Assembly: GCA_965214835.1 (NCBI GenBank)
Contig: CBDCCK010000002.1
Location: 640,001-704,000 of the forward strand
Direction of reading: 5' to 3'
From: Nitrosopumilaceae archaeon
GTDB lineage: Archaea > Thermoproteota > Nitrososphaeria > Nitrososphaerales > Nitrosopumilaceae
DNA: 64,000 bases
Numbering within the stretch: the stretch's first letter is position 1; each line of letters begins with the position of its first letter. Positions 45,841-57,325 of the stretch are shown here, one piece after another. The position numbers were made by a program, and so were the translations under genes. A model generated the notes under the pieces. That model made no database searches and was not told the origin of the DNA. It saw only the letters and a program-made list of their open reading frames with translations.

Positions 45841-46932
45841 TACTGATGATCATTGAAAATTTCGCCTGATTACACATCTTGTAAAGGTTTATAGCTCCCC
45901 ACCATGTCACTCCCGGCATGAACAAGACGAAAATCCTCACGGATGCCATGCATGTCGAAAAGGATCTCAAGATTCACACCAGAATCATGGCGGTGCGCTC
46001 CGTGCTGCTTGGCAACACCACCGCACAGACTGCAGAGATTGCCGACGTGACACAGCGTACCGTACAGATGTGGATCGAGAGATTCGAGCTTGACGGCATC
46101 GACGGCCTCCGTGACTCCTAACAGGGACAAAAAACCAAAGGTTCCGGTCGGCAGGATAAAAAAGATCGCCACAAAGTTGCGTAGGATGGAAAAGCTCACC
46201 CCGAAGAAGCTGTGCAACCGGGTGCGCCGCAGGCTGCATGTCACATACAGCGTGGGAAGCATCAGAAGAATCCTGCGCACGATGGGATTCTCGCCAAAGA
46301 CGTCAACCACCAGGCTTGCAGATGCTGCCGACGCAAAGGCGGTAAGACGGTGGCAGGGGGCGGCAAGAACCGCGATCAAGCTTGCAAAAAGGCGCGGATT
46401 TAGGATAGCCGTACAGGACGAGTCGATATTCGTCAGTACGGGAAGGGACGGCAGAAAGTTCTGGTCGCCCGTGGGGGACAGGATCGAGGTGCAACGATCC
46501 GGCAGAAGGGAACGCGTCGCGGTATACGGAACGATTGCAGACGACGGAACCCGGCTGATGCGCACATACGACAAGTTCAACAGCGCAAACTTTGTGCATT
46601 ATCTCAAGCAGGTGCACAAAAAGCGGGGAAAGGTTCTGATTGTGATGGACAACGCAGCACAGCACAAGACCGGAAAGGTCCGCAGGTACCTGAAGAAAAA
46701 TCCAGACGTCGTCCTGCTGTACCTGCCGGTAGCCAGGCCGGAGCTGAGCGTCATAGAGGCAGTCTGGAAGGATGCCAAGTACGGGCCGGTCACGTCGGCA
46801 TTTTACGAGACGGTAGATCACCTCAAAAGGGCCGTCTCGGAATACTTTAGGACGTGTTCCATCAAGGTTGACATCTATAGGTACCTTGAGCGCAGCTTGT
46901 AAGGGAGGCGAAATTTTCAATGGTCATCAGTA
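45841..46932 (+). mobile_element. IS630-family element; transposase 45918-46902 in two frames
   Basis: TA duplication; IR tactgatga.cattgaaaatttcgcct; QDES, MDNA and PELSVIE motifs. Confidence 0.93.
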
Positions 46933-47064
46933 TAGGCGTGGATCAGAGAGACACAATTTGCCACCGCTAAAGGGCCCGGGCGTTTTAACATAGATGGGAA
47001 GACTGGCCTAGGGTGGCAAACTTTTACAGATGAATTATAAGTATGTTTTTGAAAACATAGCCTG

Positions 47065-47430
47065 TTGAATCTCCAGCGGATCTATGTCTACGTGCGTCAG
47101 GGGTGGCATGTAATATCCCCGATATTTGGATTTAGCAACTTTATCATGCTGATCTATCTTACACTGACGTTTGAGGTTCCACTTTACGTGTTTGCGCCGT
47201 TGGTGACAGCTCCGATCCTGATAGGACTGGTCTTTACAGGCAAGTTATTCAGAGACAAACAGCAGCCAGTAGACGCGAGCATGAACTACTTCCGGTCACT
47301 GGAGGTACTGCGCAGTGAATCCATCCTATGGGAACAGATCGGCAGAATCTGCAAAAACGATGGAATACCCCTGAATGAGGAGTTTGTCAAGCGCCTTGAC
47401 GTGCTGAAAAAGGCGGTAAGGAAGAAATAA
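47065..47430 (+). CDS. Small two-TM membrane protein
   Basis: Two hydrophobic segments; TATA-like ttataag upstream. Confidence 0.55.
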   Translation: MNLQRIYVYVRQGWHVISPIFGFSNFIMLIYLTLTFEVPLYVFAPLVTAPILIGLVFTGKLFRDKQQPVDASMNYFRSLEVLRSESILWEQIGRICKNDGIPLNEEFVKRLDVLKKAVRKK

Positions 47431-48149
47431 AACTCCCGTCAGAGGCCACTGTATGCGCTTGGGACTGTTGCCTAATTCACTTCCATCCCCCCACGCCGGC
47501 TCTTGCGGCGCATTCCAAGGTTCGGATGCCCCTTCTCTCCACATCGTTTCTGCCAGCAACGATGCCGATATTGTCGGTTGCAAGCTTGGTCGATGCGTAG
47601 TGTCTATGCGAAATGACCGATCACAATTTTGACACATCGTGTCTATTTTGACACAAAAGCGATTGTAATAGGTTAGCCCCTGCCTAGGCAGCAATCAGGC
47701 ACGAGCCTGTCTACAGTTGTGATTTTCATGCCTGACAGGTAAGGGACGTGACTCCAATTCTAGGCAGGGGCTAACCTGTTACAAGCGATTGCTTTTCAAT
47801 CATATACACTATGTCATGTCCGGCAAGGCATCTTCATGCGGTCTAGTCTGCCATCCTCCAAGCCATCAGACTGTCGCGTAGCTCCACTTGCTTGATCCAG
47901 CCTGCGCGTTTTTTTTTTTTGAATTTTCGTCCACTTTGCACGCCTTACCCCAAATAGCATCGTACGTACGAGGCCACCTGCCACTGACCAGTCAGGTACG
48001 AGTCTGCATATGCCTGTGATTTTCACTAGACCTCATGCATAATCGGTGCAAATCAAAAATCAGGCAGCTTTTGCGTCATTTTTGGCAAATACGCACAAGA
48101 CCTATCCCTAGGCAACAAGGGGACGTGACCTAGTACCATCGTACGGCTT

Positions 48150-48569
48150 TCAACAATTCTGACTAAGTGGCAGCCCACTACGATCCTCCTGTATCTGACG
48201 AATCATCTCAAAGCTTTGCCTTGCAGCAGCCAGGAACTTTTCACGCATTGTGGATCCCGAATCCTCCCCCCTGCTGATTTCTCCGAGCAGCTTTACGAAT
48301 TCGGCCTCATCCACATCTAGCCTGTGGGCAAAAACATGCCTGATTCTGGATATCTGGATGAGATCCTGACGCAGGGTATCATCTATTATTCCCACATCGT
48401 TGAGCGCCATCAGTTTAGAGTTCATCCGCTCGGATTCAAACGAGTCGGTTCCAAACTCCTCAAGCATTATTCGGTTTACGTGATACTCAATTCCGGCCTG
48501 AATCAAAGCTACGGTGCTTCTCAGACCCAGATCCAGACCAGAGACCTCATCAAGGATTGACTCATCCAT
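48150..48569 (-). CDS. MtlR/HEPN-like helical protein
   Basis: ISRIRHVFAHR resembles an R-X4-H HEPN motif. Confidence 0.55.
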   Translation of the reverse strand: MDESILDEVSGLDLGLRSTVALIQAGIEYHVNRIMLEEFGTDSFESERMNSKLMALNDVGIIDDTLRQDLIQISRIRHVFAHRLDVDEAEFVKLLGEISRGEDSGSTMREKFLAAARQSFEMIRQIQEDRSGLPLSQNC

Positions 48570-48937
48570 TATACCCTACAACCAATCCAGCCCATGTGGC
48601 CGTCAGACCTGCGCGGGTCTTGGCTTGGCGCGCCACATCTGATGAAGCCTTCCCGATCACAGAAGTTACAGCAGTGTGCTTCCACATGGCAGCTACACAC
48701 GTTTGCAAATTAAGCATTTCTGACAGGCGTGTGTCTGAAAATTGCGGGAACTGAAGCTGTCAGGATCTCATGTATGGGGTCACGCCCCCCTGCAGGCCAG
48801 ATGCGAAAATCACAGCCGCATGTGAATCCATGCCTAGCTGTTGAGTGCAGGTGACCTTGTACGAATATTTTTTATCGAAGCAGGCATGATATGTCCAGAT
48901 TGTGATCCGTTTTTTTGATGTGCATAGCATTCACAGA

Positions 48938-51480
48938 TACTAATTGATTACAAAGAGGACGATTTTTTTCAACCAAAGGATCTAAGACCTGCCAACCCTG
49001 TACAAATACATGAAAGGCAAGAAGCTACAGACGGGAACTGCATTCCTGTGCAAGGCAGTAAGCAGGGACAGACCTTTTCAGATGCACAGATCCGAGAAGA
49101 ACAGCAAGGCAGCCGCTAGGCTCCTGGCTTTATGAGAAAGTGTGGCATGAGCATGTACCAGATTGCCGAGAGGCTGGACAGACCGTATGGAACCATACGG
49201 CACTGGCTGGTGCGCGCACACGAGCACGGCCTGGCGGACAGGTTTGACATAAAGCACGGCGCCCCGTGCAGGCTGGATTCGGGGCAGCTTCAGCTGCGCG
49301 AGGATCTGACTGCGGGCCCGCGTAGCTGCGGCTTGGGCTGCGACGTGGACGGATCCGCTGGCCATCCTCCACGTCAAAAAAAGTTCGGCATCACGTATGC
49401 AAATACGAGCATGTACGACCTGCTACACAAGCTTGGCTTTTCATGCAGAAAGCCACGTACGAGTTTACCCCTCAGGCGACGCTGCCAGTCAGGGTCTTGA
49501 CGAGCATTTCCCTCACGCCGCACCCCCGGGCGCGCCAATTCATCGCGCACGTCATCAATACGGTGAACATCTCCATGCCTTCCATGGTACGGAGTCCTTG
49601 GAATACCTTGCGCGCAATTACGGACGGCCTCAGCATGCGCTCGGCCAGGTTGTTGGTGGGCTCCATGCCTGGATGCAATGTGAACGTGTAGAGAAATTCC
49701 GAGGCGTTCCCAAGCTTTGTGGCAAAGCTCTCGCATCCGGCCTCCCTGCCGAATGCCTCGGCCAGCCCGCGCGTTTCTGCCACCAGCATGTCGTGCCGGG
49801 CGGCGCCCTCCTCCTCCGGCGGCCCCAGCCCCTTGGCATGGATGAACTTTTTCTTGAGTGTACCATACAGCGCGTGGGCCTTCCGGGAGGTCTTGCCGGC
49901 CTCCCTGGCCTCCCGGAGTATGTGTGCCCAGCACCACTGCCTGGTCTTGAATGCGGCGTATACGCCGTACCCGTCGACTGTGACCGGTTTGTCATAATAC
50001 GGAAAGTTCATGTCAACTACGGCCCTGCCCCTACTGGGTGCGGCCAGCGTGTGGACGCCGGCGACGGTGCCGTCCCTGTTCCTGCCCACGACCACCCATA
50101 TGCGGGCCGTCCTGCCGTTGTATGGCATGGCAGTCTCGTCAATATGCAGATAATCAGAATCCCTGATGGCCTGCCTGATGCTCTCTACGCCGGGCTTTAT
50201 CGCATTGGCGCCGGCCCTCAGGCACTGCAGCACGCCTGCCTCTGACACTTCTATGCCTAGGATTTCTGAGCACAGTGTGGCCGTGGCCTGTATGGAGGCA
50301 GGTGCCACGCGTATTGCGGCCATCATCCCCGTGATGTTTGGTCCAAACTCGGTTCCCGGCACGTTCCATGACCTGTCGTCTTCGATGCACATGTTGCCAC
50401 AGTCGGCGCATTTGCGCCTGTATGCGGTGTGCTGTGTCGTGACCGGCTCGGGCCTCTTGGGGGTATCGGTCACAAGCTTGGAGAAGATCTTTTTCGGCTT
50501 CTTCATGTTGGTGCTGCCGCACTTGCCGCACTTTTTGGGGCAGTGCTTTACAAACAAGGTCGGTTTTCTGGCGTGTGAGACCCCCTCGTGTCCCTGTCTG
50601 CGGCCCGGCTTTGCCTTTGCAGGTGCCGGTACATTACCTGATGCCTTTGCCGCGGCGGCCTTTTTCTGCCGGGTAGGAATAGAGTTCTGCGATGAGGGGG
50701 TGTGAGGGTTTTCGTAATATCTGATGTGCTGTCTGAGCTGCTGGTTTTCTGCTTCCAGTGCCGCGGTTTGCGCGTCAGGTGCCGTCCCTCCCCGGGGTTC
50801 GCCCTCTGGCCACCCTGGGGCGGGCCCCTTTTGCTTGAACCAGTTGATCTGTGCTGTCTGCATCAGGATTGTCACCGAGGCCTCGGCCAGCTGTTCGGCA
50901 AGCCCGACTATTGCCCGATCCCTGTCTGCGATGATTCCATCCTTCTTGTCTGATTCGGCTATGACGCGGGCCAGCTCGTCGCGCAGTATCTTGATCTCTG
51001 AATCAGGCAATGAATACAGGTGTGGTCTTGACGTATATGGATCCAGATGGTGATCAAAAGTTGGCCTCGTACTCAACCTAAACTATAGGGAGGGGTAAAC
51101 TCATACGAAAGCCACACCCGAAACACACAAAACCGGCCACAAAACCCGAGAAAAAAATCCAAAAAAAAGCCAGGCGGTACGCGAGGCACTAGTCAAAGGA
51201 ATACGCGGTAGTGGGAGGGGACGAGGCCTTGCACGCCATGGGATGAAACGCCAAGAACGACTGGCATCTAGGTAGATATGCCGGCGTACATTCCGTGTAG
51301 CCTGTCGCGCGCGGGGCTTTGCTCTGGGGCCCCTGTCTGCAAGCGGCTTTGCTGCGAATGCAGGCAAGCACTCGTTTACCGACTTGGTGAAGTACGGCAG
51401 GGTGCCGCCGCTTGCCGACAACGCCTCGTACCATGAGGCCGGGCTGGTCAATGAAAGGCTGGCAGAATGAAAAGGCGGCG
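48938..51480 (+). mobile_element. Decayed IS630 interrupted by an IS66
   Basis: HTH and LHKLGFSCRKP, continuing as HPKH after the insertion. Confidence 0.65.
49457..51106 (-). mobile_element. Intact IS66-family element (second lineage); transposase 49472-51076
   Basis: HIDET, VDGYGVY, CWAH and PTNNLAER motifs; IR gta.gagtttacccct; 9-bp DR gaaagccac. Confidence 0.95.
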
Positions 51481-51581
51481 TGGCGATCAAGGTTCTGGCC
51501 GGCAATGCAGTCTAGGGGCAAACTCTTACGAGCCGGCAGCTGCATGGATTTATTATACAATGCGCAAGGAGGTTTGGTTGA

Positions 51582-52388
51582 TTGAAGGCGATAATTACCT
51601 GTGCTGGCAGGGGGAGCAGGCTGCTGCCCTACACCAAGGAGCTGCCCAAGGAGATGGCCCCGGTATTCATGAGGGATCCCGATCTGGCAGTAAAGCCGGT
51701 ACTGCAGCAGATCTACGAGGATCTCTACATGCACGGGATCCGAGACTTTTGCTTTATCACCGGCAGGACAAAGCGCCCCATAGAGGATCACTTTACGCCT
51801 GACGTCCATGCGCCCGTCGAGCCAGCACTGAAGGCCTTCCATGACATGCTAGTCGACTCCTCGATCCTGTGGGCAAACCAGGCCACGCCCAAGGGATTCG
51901 GGCACGCGGTCCTGACTGGCAGGCCGGCCGTCTCAGGCGCGGGGGTACTAGTCCATGCCGGCGACTCTTACATAATCCCCCGGGAAAGGCACCCTGTAGG
52001 ACACCTCATCCGCGCCTCGGAGGATCCCGACATCGAGGCGGCCTTTCTGATCAGGAGGGTCTCCGATCCCCGGAGGCACGGGATAGTCGAGATAGCAGAG
52101 GAGGACGGCAGCTGCCGGGTTACCGGCGCCGAGGAAAAGCCGGCCGATCCAAAGTCGCCGTGGGGGATTGTCCCGGTATACTTTTTCAGGAAAAGCATCT
52201 TTGATGCGCTGGAGGCCACCCCGCCTGGCGCAAACGACGAGATCCAGCTGACCGACGCCATACGTAGGATCATAGGTATGCGCAAAAACGTCATAGCCTT
52301 CAAGGTCGACGGCGATACGGTCGTCGACGTCGGCACGCCCTCCTCCTATCTGGAGTCCATCCGGCTCCACCTCCAAGGGGGGCCCTGA
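51582..52388 (+). CDS. Sugar-1-phosphate nucleotidyltransferase (GalU-like)
   Basis: AGRGSRLLPYTKELPKEM, PKGFGHAV and EIQLTDAI motifs. Confidence 0.9.
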   Translation: MKAIITCAGRGSRLLPYTKELPKEMAPVFMRDPDLAVKPVLQQIYEDLYMHGIRDFCFITGRTKRPIEDHFTPDVHAPVEPALKAFHDMLVDSSILWANQATPKGFGHAVLTGRPAVSGAGVLVHAGDSYIIPRERHPVGHLIRASEDPDIEAAFLIRRVSDPRRHGIVEIAEEDGSCRVTGAEEKPADPKSPWGIVPVYFFRKSIFDALEATPPGANDEIQLTDAIRRIIGMRKNVIAFKVDGDTVVDVGTPSSYLESIRLHLQGGP

Positions 52389-53752
52389 TGGGCCTCAAGA
52401 TCGCCGTCGTCGGGATGGGTCTTGTCGGGCTGACCCTGGCAGCCTTTCTTGCCTCAAAGGGAAGCACCGTGTACGGTATAGAGAGCGACGCCAAAAAGAT
52501 GTCGCACCTGCGCGGCGGCAGGCCGTACTTTTTTGAGCCAAAGCTGGATGCGCTCATACGCAGGTGCACTGCAGGCGGGAACCTAGAGTTCCTGCCGGAC
52601 ATGGATGGGATATGGGACTCGCTTGACCATGTCTTTGTTGCGGTGGGGACCCAGACGGTCAACGGCAAGACCGTGCTGACCCACGTCAAGAGGTCTGTAA
52701 GGCAGATCGCCTGGCACCTTGACAGGTCAGACAACTCCCCGACGGTTGTCATCAAGAGTACGCTGCCCCCCCGCACAACCGGCGGCGTGATCCTGCCCAT
52801 GCTGGAGGGACGGCGCCCACGGCGGAGGCTTGGCTCGGGACTCTTTCTGGCGACCAACCCCGAGTTCCTGAGGGAGGGCACTGCAGTGGACGACCAGTTT
52901 CACCCCCATGTACTGGTCGTCGGAACCCAGGATGCCGGCAGCCTTGAGAGGATGAGGGGGCTCGTCGACTGCACCTATCCCGGGAAGATCCCGAGGTTCT
53001 TTACGAACTTTCCGACCTCCGAGCTGATAAAGTACTCCAACAACGCGTTCCTGGCAACGAAGATCAGCTTTATCAACAGCGTGGCAAACCTGTGCCAGAA
53101 GATCCCGGGCTCAAACGTGGACGATATAGCAAGGATTATCGGGATGGATCCCCGGATAGGGCCGCTGTTCCTGAGGGCGGGCCCCGGATACGGCGGATCC
53201 TGCCTGCCCAAGGATCTGTCCTCGATGATTGCAGTCCTTCGAAAAAACCGGATCGATCCGGGCCTCTTTGTCGGCGTCGAGGGCGTAAACGACGGCCAGG
53301 TGGGACAGATCCTAAGGGTCACAAGGGACAGCATCGGCCGGCTGAGGGGAAAAACGCTGACCGTACTGGGGCTATCCTTCAAGGAGGACTCTGGTGACAT
53401 ACGCGAGTCCGCATCCATACGGCTGATCGGCACGCTGCTGGGAAGGTGCCGCAGCGTCAGGGTTCATGATCCTGCGGCAATAGAGGCCACGCGTGGGGTC
53501 TTTGGTGACAGGATAGAGTACTTTGCCGAGGTAGGCGAGGCCCTGAGCGGGTCTGACTGCGCCATAATAATGACGCCCTGGAGGCAGTATGCGGAGCTGT
53601 CTGACTTTTCGATGATGTCTGCGCCCATAGTCATCGACACCCGCCGGATAATGAAGAACACCGGCAGGATCCGCTATGTTCCCTACGGCTCTGCCCCGCA
53701 TGCAGAGTCCCCGCCACAGGGGAGAGCCGATACTGCAAAGGGGACGTCCTGA
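52388..53752 (+). CDS. ugd: UDP-glucose/GDP-mannose dehydrogenase family protein
   Basis: GMGLVG, NPEFLREG, KYSNNAFLATKISF and GYGGSCLPKD motifs. Confidence 0.92.
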   Translation: MGLKIAVVGMGLVGLTLAAFLASKGSTVYGIESDAKKMSHLRGGRPYFFEPKLDALIRRCTAGGNLEFLPDMDGIWDSLDHVFVAVGTQTVNGKTVLTHVKRSVRQIAWHLDRSDNSPTVVIKSTLPPRTTGGVILPMLEGRRPRRRLGSGLFLATNPEFLREGTAVDDQFHPHVLVVGTQDAGSLERMRGLVDCTYPGKIPRFFTNFPTSELIKYSNNAFLATKISFINSVANLCQKIPGSNVDDIARIIGMDPRIGPLFLRAGPGYGGSCLPKDLSSMIAVLRKNRIDPGLFVGVEGVNDGQVGQILRVTRDSIGRLRGKTLTVLGLSFKEDSGDIRESASIRLIGTLLGRCRSVRVHDPAAIEATRGVFGDRIEYFAEVGEALSGSDCAIIMTPWRQYAELSDFSMMSAPIVIDTRRIMKNTGRIRYVPYGSAPHAESPPQGRADTAKGTS

Positions 53753-53873
53753 GAGGTGGAGTGGACCCCTGTAAGTAGGAACGCTTTTGTTCGCACACTT
53801 AGTGAGGCCGAGTCACAAACATGGCCAGAATAAGTGTCACAACAATGTTACAGAGTTTGGATTAAAACTATTC

Positions 53874-55060
53874 CAGTCTTCCCAGAAGTAACTCAGGGAG
53901 GCACCGGTGGAGGGGGTTGGGGCAGCGTCCTACAGTCCGATATACCGCGCTTGATCACGTCATTGAGGCACTGCTGGGTGATCAGGGGATCCTCGGCAAT
54001 GATCCCCGTCACGCTCCCAATCATCGCGTCTGCCATGGCCCACGCGTTGAAGACCGCAGCCGAGTACACAAAGTACAGCATCCTTGCGACCGGGCTCTTA
54101 CTGTGGATCCTGACCCTTGCGTTCTCTATCATCCTGTATCCGGTCTCGATCCCCCACCTGCGGCTGTACTCGTCCGGATCTATTCCGGGCACGTTGGTCG
54201 CAAATCCGATGAGCCGCTCGTGTGCCGGCAGCTTTTCCACGTTTGTCTTGCCCGACCGCTTCTTCCTTCTCTTTGTGATGACCATCGTGTACCGCGCTGA
54301 CTTGGAGGTGCCGGATACGACCGACTCGACCTCCACTCTTCTTTTTATGCCATCATGTTCGCTGAGGGTCGCAACGACGGCATCCGTGTTCTTGCACGGT
54401 ATGATGTACCCGACTCCCGCCGCATCCAGCTCGGAGATGACTGCGGCCGAGAAGAACTCGCGGCCCAGCATCACGACCCCGGGCTCGGCCCCCGCGCGGC
54501 GTGCAGAATCGATGGTCCTACGCACGAAATCGGCCGTATCCTCAAGCGCCGGCATGTGCAGTACGCCCAGTACAAGGCGGCAGTGCTTTACCAGGCACTG
54601 TATGGTCATATAGCGCTCAAAGACTGCCGTCCCGCTCTTCTTCCTAGAGCGGACAAGCTCCCCGCCGTGCTTTTTGTCGTAACGCGGTATCAGGTGCATG
54701 TCTATTGCCGCATCCAGCCTCTGGCCCCCGGTGATCAGCCCCGTCTCCCTCAGCTGTTCAAGCTGCCGGCCAACGGTTCCTGCAAGGCAGTCCAGGATCT
54801 AGTCGGGCTCGGACCTTATTGCGACGCTACGGATTCACTCGTCGGTGGGATTGCGGAGCAGTCCCGGGGCCGTCGGCACCTCGCGTGCAGACATTATACA
54901 GCCGGCCACCTGCCCGTTGGAATGGACGCGCGCGTCCGGAACCTGAAAGTCGCCTGCAGTATAGATGGCGTTGTGCCTGTCCGAGGCCCCGACGCACGGG
55001 GCCATGCCTTCGCCGACGGTCTCCAGGGGGTTGTCCAAAAAATTTCCGCAAAATGACCGC
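53874..55060 (-). mobile_element. ISH3-family transposase pseudogene with right end
   Basis: AIDMHLIPRY, REFFS and YSRRWGIETGYR motifs; terminus ctgagttacttctgggaagactg. Confidence 0.8.
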
Positions 55061-55069
55061 CAGGCTTAT

Positions 55070-56095
55070 GGATTACGGGCGCACGGCACCGAAGGCGATC
55101 TTGATCAGCCGATCCCGGACATCATGATGAGCAACGACAAAAAGAATGCGGAATACTACCGACTCTACGAGCAGAAGCGCAGGCAGGAGAGCCCCCGCAA
55201 GAAGAGGGCAAGGAAGAGCCTGAGAGGGATCGTGCGCAGGGCGGCTGGGAGGATGGCGGCCGAGACGGGAATCGACGCCCGTCTTGCGTGGTCTGCCATA
55301 CGCATCGCGATCCCCGGGATCGAAAACGGCCTGTCCTGCAGGATCATGGCCACGCACCCGGATGCAAACCTGGACGATCTCAGGAGGTGCGGCCTGGACC
55401 GCGCGCTCGCAGTCCACCCTGCACAGCAGGATGACCATGTTCTGGGACATGGGCAAGGACTTCATGGACGAGGTCGTGCCGGCCGTGTCAGACGGTAGGC
55501 GCACAGCTGACCTGCATGGCGGCCCGGCGGGGTTCGGCCTACGCAGGCACAGGAGCTGGCACCACGCAAGATACGGCGAAATGACCGGGCACGACTTTGC
55601 AAAGCTGTACGTGATAGGCGCAATCGGGGGCAGGATACTGTCATTCGAGGCCACATCGGGCACGTCAGGCGACTCGCCGGAGTTTGCCCGTATGTTCGGC
55701 CGCATCCCCCGAGGAGGATGCGGCATCGTGGCGCTGGATTCTGCATACGACTCGTACAAAAACTGCGAGCTGATTGCGAAGAGTGGCCGCGGATCTGTCA
55801 TAAAGCCGGCAAAGGGGCATAAGAAGCCACGCGGGTTCAGTGCAAGGGCCAGGATGCTGCGGTGGCTGCGTGACAGGCCAGACGAGTTCTGGCGCGCACA
55901 TCACCAGAGGAGCTAGGCAGAGTCCTTGTTCTTGGTAATGAAGGAAAGGACTGGATCCGTCCTGCGTTCAAAGCTGGACGGAACCATCACTGTAGAGCTG
56001 TTCGCTCGCGTGTTGTGCTACAACCTTACGGTATAATTTTTTAACACAATCCCGTACTGTTGGACCGCAACACTACCGTAAGGTATGGCCCGTAT
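55070..56095 (+). mobile_element. Decayed IS5-like (DDE_Tnp_1) element
   Basis: ALDSAYDS and HQRS*AESLF...LCYNL; frameshift and internal stop. Confidence 0.7.
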
Positions 56096-56104
56096 GGATA
56101 TTTG

Positions 56105-56196
56105 GTATGTGGTCACGTCCCCTTGTTAGCTAGGCACGAAAATCACAACCATGCATCTAATTCGTGCCTGACTGATGGGGGTAGGTGACCTCGTAC
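56105..56196. mobile_element. IS66-derived ~92-bp MITE (other copies at 58473-58571 and 63714-63806; degenerate at ~14225, 42665, 44065, 47670, 47965, 48772, 56430)
   Basis: Ends gtatgtggtcac / gtgacctcgtac; DR gatatttg. Confidence 0.9.
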
Positions 56197-56677
56197 GATA
56201 TTTGTGTTGCCTTTTGTGCAGTCTTCCCAGAAGTACCACGTCAAATTATCCCAAGCTCGAAACAATTCAAATGAGGCTGCCTGTAGATCCGCTTGCCACC
56301 TCCTGCACCGCCGCGAGTCGGTTGCTTCTGGGAGGACTAGGCGGCACTGCTGGTTGGGCCTTTATGACCATGCCACCAGCGCCGTATCCCCGGAGGCGGG
56401 CAAACTCCGGGTACAAAGCCACCTAGCCTTAAACAGCTAGGGACAAGCTTTTGTGCGGTTGTGATTCTCATGCCTGTCCAGCAAGGGGGACATGATCTTG
56501 TATACCTACAGATCTATACATCGCCTCCACCGCCACGGGTCGGGTACATTTGGGAAGACAAAAGACTAGTATGTATTCAATAGGAGAAGGACTTTTTAGA
56601 AAATGATAAAAAGAAGATATTTAAAGAAATGAAAAAAGCGGAACAAAATTAAAAAAGTAGATTTTGGGAAAAAAATA

Positions 56678-57325
56678 TTGGAAAAGGATCCTAAAATTAT
56701 TGAGGCTAAGACCGCTTTAAAAAAACACTTTGTGAATAAGAAAAACGATCCTGTAAAGACACCATATTATCATCACCAGCTGCAGGTATTGTATGAAAAT
56801 GATTTTTTTGAGTGGATAATAACTGATGCCTTGAAGGAGTTAGAAAACGAGGGATACATCACAAGTCTAGACAAAACCGACATTCCAGAACTAGGAAATT
56901 TGAGAAAAATCTCAAGGATAAAATTTTATGCAAACTCTGAAGCTGTAAAAACCTCTCGGGGACTCAAAATGATGAAAACACATGCGCTCAACACTGCCAA
57001 GCTAATTGAAAAATACAGCAGTGACAAAAATGCAAAGGTGTTAGGGAAGCAGTTAGAGAGTCTTGTAGAAAACCAATTACAAATTTCTCAATTTGAAATA
57101 AAAGGAAAGCACACCAATGAATATGGTGGGAAAAAATGGACAACAACACATCACAATTTGGATTTTATAGCCAAGAAAAAAGACAAGGAATTTGTAATAG
57201 GAGTTGAAGTAAAAAACACACTGGACATAATTCCTCCAGATGAAATTGATATTAAAATAGATATTTGTGATCACTTGGGTATTGTACCGGTTTTTGCAGT
57301 AAGATGGATCAAACCCTATATCGAT
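56678..57325 (+). pseudogene. AT-rich PD-(D/E)xK restriction-endonuclease-like gene truncated by an IS5
   Basis: GKQLESLV...LDFIAKK...GVEVKN. Confidence 0.7.

Larger units (their letters stand above)
45688..46994 (+). mobile_element. Divergent IS110 relic (bridge-RNA left end plus right tip) inserted in an ISH3 terminal IR; interior replaced by an IS66 end and an IS630
   Basis: TG cores at 45686-87 and 46995-96; 17-bp IR ttaaaacgcccgggccc / gggcccgggcgttttaa. Confidence 0.85.

Noticed and set aside
42692-48026. Family of ORFs starting MKITVACRF / MKIIVARQF / MKITGICRL
   Set aside because: The shared N-termini are translations of the IS66-derived MITE, not a protein family.
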